Positions 57,266 through 64,000 of a stretch of 64,000 bases of DNA are shown piece by piece. Below the pieces are notes generated by a model. It did not search any database and was not told where the DNA came from. It saw only the letters and a list, made by a program, of their open reading frames with translations. Made by a program: the position numbers and the translations under genes. The stretch comes from Octopus vulgaris (taxonomy: Eukaryota): contig OX597843.1 of the NCBI GenBank assembly GCA_951406725.2, forward strand, positions 19,654,001 through 19,718,000. The letters are read 5' to 3'. Each line of letters begins with the position of its first letter. The first letter of the stretch is position 1.

Positions 57266-58254
57266 GATAGATAGATAGATATATAGATATATGACTATCC
57301 CTAGTCTCAACAAAAATTGTTTAACACGCAAATTCACATAAAGAATCTTGCAAGCCAAATACAAAACGAAATATATGTATGGCGATCGAGCTAAATCTGC
57401 CAATTTTCATAAAATGGAAAGGAAAGTACAATATCCTTTCCAAATATTAAAGTATTTTCAAAACTCAAAACAATATCCACAAGGTTATGGCTAAAAAGTA
57501 ATAGTTTACTCCAAGTACCCATACTCAGTTCCCACCACGGTCGCGAGACACCTCCGGAACCTGACAAATGCGTTTCTTACCGGGTTCCTGGTTTTTGAAA
57601 ACCTCTCTAATCTTAGCAACCAGCTCAGCCTTGCTCCTACAGGCAGGCAGGTAGGCAGGCTGATGTCTTTCTCAACCTGACCCACACAGGTCAGAAATTG
57701 GGGTTAATGAAATTAAATTCTCTAACAATATCTTCTGACTCTTTTCCAGGGATTTTGCAAAGGGCCGCGTCCTGCTGCCACACTTATTGCCTTACAGCAG
57801 CTATCCTTCCCGGTAAGTAGCCTTTTTCGAATTCAGCTTAAGACTCTGTTCATAGGTTAAACTATGACACAGGGCCAAGAACAAGTGGCTGACAACAGGG
57901 GAGGATGCAGGGCTACACCTCTTTCAATGTGTTTGGGTGACAGTACAATATAGACAATGGTAACGAGGTGACAGGGTGTGCCATCAAGGTAAGACGAAGG
58001 TAAGTATAAAACGGAACAGGGGAAAAGAATGCGTAGTGAGTAAAGAGAATGGCAGGGGGTAAAGTTGGGACAGGAGGTGAATTGTGGGAGTGATGAAAAG
58101 AGACAGAGGTGTGGTTCACAGTAAACGTCATTATGGAGCAGAGGGGGTTGCTGAGAGACAGAAAGACAGAGAGAAAAAGAGGAGAGAGAGAGAGAAGTGG
58201 TTCAAGAAGGAGGAAGTGATAGTGGTGGCACAAGAATCATGGTGAGTTGATACA

Positions 58255-58925
58255 TATATATGTGGAAGCACTCCGTCGGTTACGACGATGAGGGTTCCGG
58301 TTGATCCGAATCAACGGAACAGCCTGCTCGTGAAATTAACGTGTAAGTGGCTGAACACTCCACAGACACGTGTACCCTTAACGTAGTTCTCGGGGATATT
58401 CAGCGTGACACAGAGAGTGACAAGGCCGGCCCTTTGAAATACAAGTACAACAGAAACAGGAAGTAAGAGTGAGAGAAAGTTGTGGTGAAAGAGTACAGCA
58501 GGGATCACCACCATCCCTGCCGGAGCCTCGTGGAGCTTTAGGTGTTTTCGCTCAATAAACACTCACAACGCCCGGTCTGGGAATCGAAACCGCGATCCTA
58601 TGACTGCGAGTCCGCTGCCCTAACCACTGGGCCATTGCATGGCCCAGTGGTTAGGGCAGCGGACATGGTGGTGATCCCTGCTGTACTCTTTCACCACAAC
58701 TTTCTCTCACTCTTACTTCCTGTTTCTGTTGTACTTGTATTTCAAAGGGCCGGCCTTGTCACTCTCTGTGTCACGCTGAATATCCCCGAGAACTACGTTA
58801 AGGGTACACGTGTCTGTGGAGTGTTCAGCCACTTACACGTTAATTTCACGAGCAGGCTGTTCCGTTGATTCGGATCAACCGGAACCCTCATCGTCGTAAC
58901 CGACGGAGTGCTTCCACATATATAT
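58255..58925. repeat. SINE-derived palindrome: ~260-bp apparently perfect arms plus a central hairpin (58610-58664)
   Basis: 58255-58514 is the reverse complement of 58665-58925; identical peptides in ORFs 58311- and 58542+. Confidence 0.93.
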
Positions 58926-58946
58926 GTATATATATATATGTATATA

Positions 58947-59001
<55 letters not shown>

Positions 59002-60258
59002 TTATATATATGTATGTATATATACGTGTGTGTGTGTGTGTGGAGGCGCAATTGCCCAGTGGTTAGGGCAGCGGACTCGCGGTCGTAGGATTGCGGTTTC
59101 GCTTCCCAGACCGGGCATTGTGAGTGTTTATTGAGCGAAAACACCTAGAAGCTCCACGAGGCTCCGGCAGTGGGGTGGTGATCCCTGCTGTACTCTTTCA
59201 CCACTATTTCTCCCACTCTTTCTTCTCTTGGCCTGCTCGGTTACCCAGCGGGGTGGCGTTATTCGAACGCATTATGACCAGTGATGTGTAACAACATCTA
59301 ATGGTCTGGTCGGTCACGTGATCATGTTATATATATATATATATATATGCATATGCATATATATACATATATACATACATATATGTATATGCACATGGCA
59401 GTGACGCGCACACATGTGCACAAACAAAGAAAGAAACAAAACGAGCGCAAATCCCATAGGGGGCAGAGTGAACGACTATTGAAAAAGTTGCAACACACAA
59501 CGAAAATTTTAGAAAATTAGATAAGTAAATGAGTGGAAATCGAACCGGTGAGTGTGTTAAGCAATAAGGCACTAAAAGGGAATGGCTCTCCCCAGATACA
59601 ATAAAATATGCTTCAACATACGAATTCATATAAAAAATCTTCTAAACCAAATACAAAAACAAAATGTTTATATATGTGTGTATGTGAGAGAGAAAGTGGG
59701 GGTTCGTTTTGACTTATCTAGGCTTAGGTACCCAGATATTGGCTCCACAAGACCTTTTCGTTCCAGCAGGTCAAATGACCTTGTGATTAGCCGAATTCGT
59801 TGTTGTACTGTATATTTTACTCATAAGGTATTGGAATCTTACATATATACCATTCTGCCTGAAAAATGGATCTACAACTTCAATATCCCTACATATCTTG
59901 CATCTATTTTCTTTCCTCCACCTCACTCTTTATTTTGTATCCTAGCTAAACTAAATATGACTTAACCATCCTGTCACACCGTCTCCGATGAAGGGATATA
60001 ATTAATAAATATCCTAGAAACAGCTGTGCGACCTTCTATCTATAAATGTTCCAATATCTACACACCCTTGGTTTTTTTATCTTATTACGATAAAAATTCT
60101 TATATATACACGCTGACATAGAACCAACTTTGAACCACTTATTCGCAAATTTACCGAACCTGGAACATAACAATGGTCTGTCTATAGCACTCATTCAGCA
60201 TTACCTGACAGCTTTGTGTCTCAATGACACCATTACCTCTTATAACCTCAATTTTTCG

Positions 60259-60334
<76 letters not shown>

Positions 60335-60586
60335 TTAGATACTAATTTAATAGTATATTTATTCCACACCAAGTGGCCTAGTGCTACGAGAAACCTGGAT
60401 TATTATAATATTTTATAACATATTATAATATTTTCACAAAATAAATATAAGAGAGTGTTCACTATATTGATCACTCTAGCACCAGTTAATCCAAGAGGTT
60501 TCAACCACGAAAAATACATGTTTCCCATGAAAGCCGGTACGACTGTTAGCTCACACGGACAGGGCAAATAAAAAATAACAAAAATA

Positions 60587-60680
60587 CAGATTATTTTGGG
60601 ACAATTGTTTCGCTATTAATGAATTAAATGTAATATTACTTACAGTAATCCATTTGTAGCTCTTCAGCCAAGACTATCTG
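60587..60680 (-). ncRNA. Type I hammerhead ribozyme, array unit 1
   Basis: CAGAU..UUGG-CUGAAGA-GCUA...UAGC-GAAAC aauu GUC|CCAA..AUCUG. Confidence 0.85.
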
Positions 60681-61120
60681 GATGAAATCCACTCAATCAC
60701 ACGCCAGATTTTACCATAACGATAATTACGCGTGCGGTTCAATTGATTACATCGGACGTTATAATTCAAATGCCCCAACCAACAGCGCGCCAAACTCTCA
60801 CGGAAAACAAATACAGCATTTAGAAATAAATGCAGCATAATTATAATTAATTAATAAGGGTGAGAGAATTAGATACTAATTTAATAGTATATTTATTCCA
60901 CACCAAGTGGCCTAGTGCTACGAGAAACCTGGATTATTATAATATTTTATAACATATTATAATATTTTCACAAAATAAATATAAGAGAGTGTTCACTATA
61001 TTGATCACTCTAGCACCAGTTAATCCAAGAGGTTTCAACCACGAAAAATACATGTTTCCCATGAAAGCCGGTACGACTGTTAGCTCACACGGACAGGGCA
61101 AATAAAAAATAACAAAAATA

Positions 61121-61214
61121 CAGATTATTTTGGGACAATTGTTTCGCTATTAATGAATTAAATGTAATATTACTTACAGTAATCCATTTGTAGCTCTTCA
61201 GCCAAGACTATCTG
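61121..61214 (-). ncRNA. Type I hammerhead ribozyme, array unit 2
   Basis: Identical to unit 1 by eye. Confidence 0.85.
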
Positions 61215-61655
61215 GATGAAATCCACTCAATCACACGCCAGATTTTACCATAACGATAATTACGCGTGCGGTTCAATTGATTACATCGGACGTTATAATT
61301 CAAATGCCCCAACCAACAGCGCGCCAAACTCTCACGGAAAACAAATACAGCATTTAGAAATAAATGCAGCATAATTATAATTAATTAATAAGGGTGAGAG
61401 AATTAGATACTAATTTAATAGTATATTTATTCCACACCAAGTGGCCTAGTGCTACGAGAAACCTGGATTATTATAATATTTTATAACATATTATAATATT
61501 TTCACAAAATAAATATAAGAGAGTGTTCACTATATTGATCACTCTAGCACCAGTTAATCCAAAGAGGTTTCAACCACGAAAAATACATGTTTCCCATGAA
61601 AGCCGGTACGACTGTTAGCTCACACGGACAGGGCAAATAAAAAATAACAAAAATA

Positions 61656-61749
61656 CAGATTATTTTGGGACAATTGTTTCGCTATTAATGAATTAAATGT
61701 AATATTACTTACAGTAATCCATTTGTAGCTCTTCAGCCAAGACTATCTG
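61656..61749 (-). ncRNA. Type I hammerhead ribozyme, array unit 3
   Basis: Identical to unit 1 by eye. Confidence 0.85.
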
Positions 61750-62189
61750 GATGAAATCCACTCAATCACACGCCAGATTTTACCATAACGATAATTACGC
61801 GTGCGGTTCAATTGATTACATCGGACGTTATAATTCAAATGCCCCAACCAACAGCGCGCCAAACTCTCACGGAAAACAAATACAGCATTTAGAAATAAAT
61901 GCAGCATAATTATAATTAATTAATAAGGGTGAGAGAATTAGATACTAATTTAATAGTATATTTATTCCACACCAAGTGGCCTAGTGCTACGAGAAACCTG
62001 GATTATTATAATATTTTATAACATATTATAATATTTTCACAAAATAAATATAAGAGAGTGTTCACTATATTGATCACTCTAGCACCAGTTAATCCAAGAG
62101 GTTTCAACCACGAAAAATACATGTTTCCCATGAAAGCCGGTACGACTGTTAGCTCACACGGACAGGGCAAATAAAAAATAACAAAAATA

Positions 62190-62283
62190 CAGATTATTTT
62201 GGGACAATTGTTTCGCTATTAATGAATTAAATGTAATATTACTTACAGTAATCCATTTGTAGCTCTTCAGCCAAGACTATCTG
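62190..62283 (-). ncRNA. Type I hammerhead ribozyme, array unit 4
   Basis: Identical to unit 1 by eye. Confidence 0.85.
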
Positions 62284-62574
62284 GATGAAATCCACTCAAT
62301 CACACGCCAGATTTTACCATAACGATAATTACGCGTGCGGTTCAATTGATTACATCGGACGTTATAATTCAAATGCCCCAACCAACAGCGCGCCAAACTC
62401 TCACGGAAAACAAATACAGCATTTAAATAATGACTATTACGCAATTAAAATTTTAATGTATTGATTAGTTCCATGGCCACAGTCATGACTGATACAAATG
62501 GATTATAAAGTATATACATATATATATATATATATACAGGCATATACACACAAACCTACATACATATACATGTG

Positions 62575-62611
<37 letters not shown>

Positions 62612-62699
62612 GTGTGTGATGTATGTATGTATGTATATATATATATATGGTGTGTATATATACATATATATATATATGTATATATGTATATATATACAT

Positions 62700-62754
<55 letters not shown>

Positions 62755-62974
62755 CCACAAAAAATATAGATAGCACACATTTATCTAACAACTTAGCTCT
62801 ATTCCCAGACCCCCTAAAAAAATTGGCGGTCGCTCTATTTTGTGGTGCACACCACCATTCTCTTTTAACATTAAGAACTTATCTAAATCCTTCTTTAGAA
62901 TACAAGACTGTAACTTCCCTCGACAACATAAATATAATTTAATTAATAGTCATAATAATAATAATAATAATAAT

Positions 62975-63110
62975 AAAACAGAAACAATTCCTATCATAGT
63001 AGGTGCATTAGGCATGATAAAAAAATATTCAGACAAATACATAACAAAAACACCAGGACTTACAAACACATATAACATACAGAAAATTGCACTACTAGGC
63101 ACTGCAAACT
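62975..63110 (+). mobile_element. 3' coding fragment of an R4/Dong-like LINE after (TAA)n
   Basis: KTETIPIIVGALGMIKK...IQKIALLGTA, homologous to the C-terminus of ORF 35846-36658. Confidence 0.8.
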
Positions 63111-63152
63111 TTTGATTAATCTACTACAAGATTATTCATCTTTCTATTTCAC

Positions 63153-63196
<44 letters not shown>

Positions 63197-63299
63197 TATA
63201 TATAAATGTATGTATGTATGTATATATGTATACTAGTTTAAAAGCCACTCTACCGGGCTTTTAAACTAGTATATGGGTTTTAAGCAAGTGTGTCCGAAT

Positions 63300-63390
63300 G
63301 GGAAGATCTGCAAACAGATCTCTGACTTGTTTTGGAGAATTTGTTGCAATTGCTTCCTCCAGAGTCATATCCCAATGATGACCATATTCC
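63300..63390 (-). mobile_element. Helitron Rep/helicase coding fragment
   Basis: HWDMTLEEAIATNSPKQVRDLFA resembles the RepHel linker HWxxTLEEA...SP..+R.LFA. Confidence 0.6.
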
Positions 63391-63599
63391 TCGCCAAAAA
63401 AAATATTATGTAAAAAGAAATGGCCGAAAATAATCGCAATAATGAAAACATGGGAATCCAAAATTTCCAGATTCCACGTCCAGATTCAGCCCGGAATGAT
63501 TTTAATTTACTCACACAGTTGGTGTTTAGATTATAAAACTGTTATCGTACAAAAAATGTGTCGCCAAAAGGACTCGAGGGAAGTTTCTGGGATCCGTAC

Positions 63600-64000
63600 G
63601 GGATTACTAAGAAGCTGTTCACTGAACCGAAGAGTTGAACTTTATCATGCACGAACGAAGAATTGGATGTTCATATGAAAGAAACCTAAAGTGATCCGCA
63701 TCGTTTCCAGCCACAGTCACTTCTAAATGGGCAAAAGCATCTCTTAGAACCTGATATTGAATTTCACACTGGGGATATCAAGGAGAAAGAGGTGAATGAT
63801 TTCGTGAGAAAAGCTAGTGCAAAGAGTGCCTCAGGAGATGACGGCGTCTCGTATAAAGTCTACAAGTACTGCAATCGTCTGCGAAAGAAGCTCTTCGTCC
63901 TACTCCGACAGCTGTAGCGCGAAGAGACTCTTGTAGAGGATTGGTGTAAGGCAGAAGGCATATACCGGCCGAAAGAGGTCAATGCAGAGACTATGAAACA
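63600..64000 (+). mobile_element. Hero/R2-group LINE, start of RT, degenerate; runs off the window
   Basis: FVRKASAKSASGDDGVSYKVYKYC...WCKAEGIYRPKE. Confidence 0.75.

Larger units (their letters stand above)
60333..62425 (-). repeat. Tandem array, ~3.9 x 534 bp, near-identical, hammerhead-containing (retrozyme/Penelope pLTR-like)
   Basis: agatactaatttaa recurs at 60337, 60871, 61405, 61940; abuts a (TA)n tract. Confidence 0.95.

Noticed and set aside
57400-57900. Possible LINE 5' region or HDV-like ribozyme (also 50500-50610)
   Set aside because: Could not establish the nested pseudoknot or protein motifs by eye.
59041-59115. tRNA-like sequence (also 49755-49810 and 58570-58635)
   Set aside because: SINE heads that continue into SINE bodies; no proper acceptor stem.

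Overview
AT-rich, microsatellite-dense eukaryotic DNA. The SINE families, (TA)n/(CA)n density and adhesion-GPCR exons point to a mollusc, most likely an octopus (inference). The left half (1-~34.8 kb) is a tandem segmental duplication with one partial and two near-complete copies. It carries many copies of a degenerate, spliced, minus-strand gene-like unit, plus copy-specific insertions and an ~850-bp-arm palindrome. The right half holds R4/Dong-, CR1- and Hero-like LINEs, a Naiad-type Penelope element with inverted arms, a hAT/Buster fossil, a Kolobok-like MITE and three clean minus-strand exons of an adhesion GPCR (GAIN, GPS, TM1). The most striking hidden signal is a dense set of hammerhead-ribozyme folds. 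One sits in each unit of a near-perfect 534-bp tandem array (retrozyme/Penelope-pLTR-like). Four share the compensatory U3-A8 core (UUGANAA). Others lie in Penelope arms and in the GPCR intron. Most ORFs in the supplied track are microsatellite artefacts. All folds and alignments were done by eye, and repeat coordinates are approximate.
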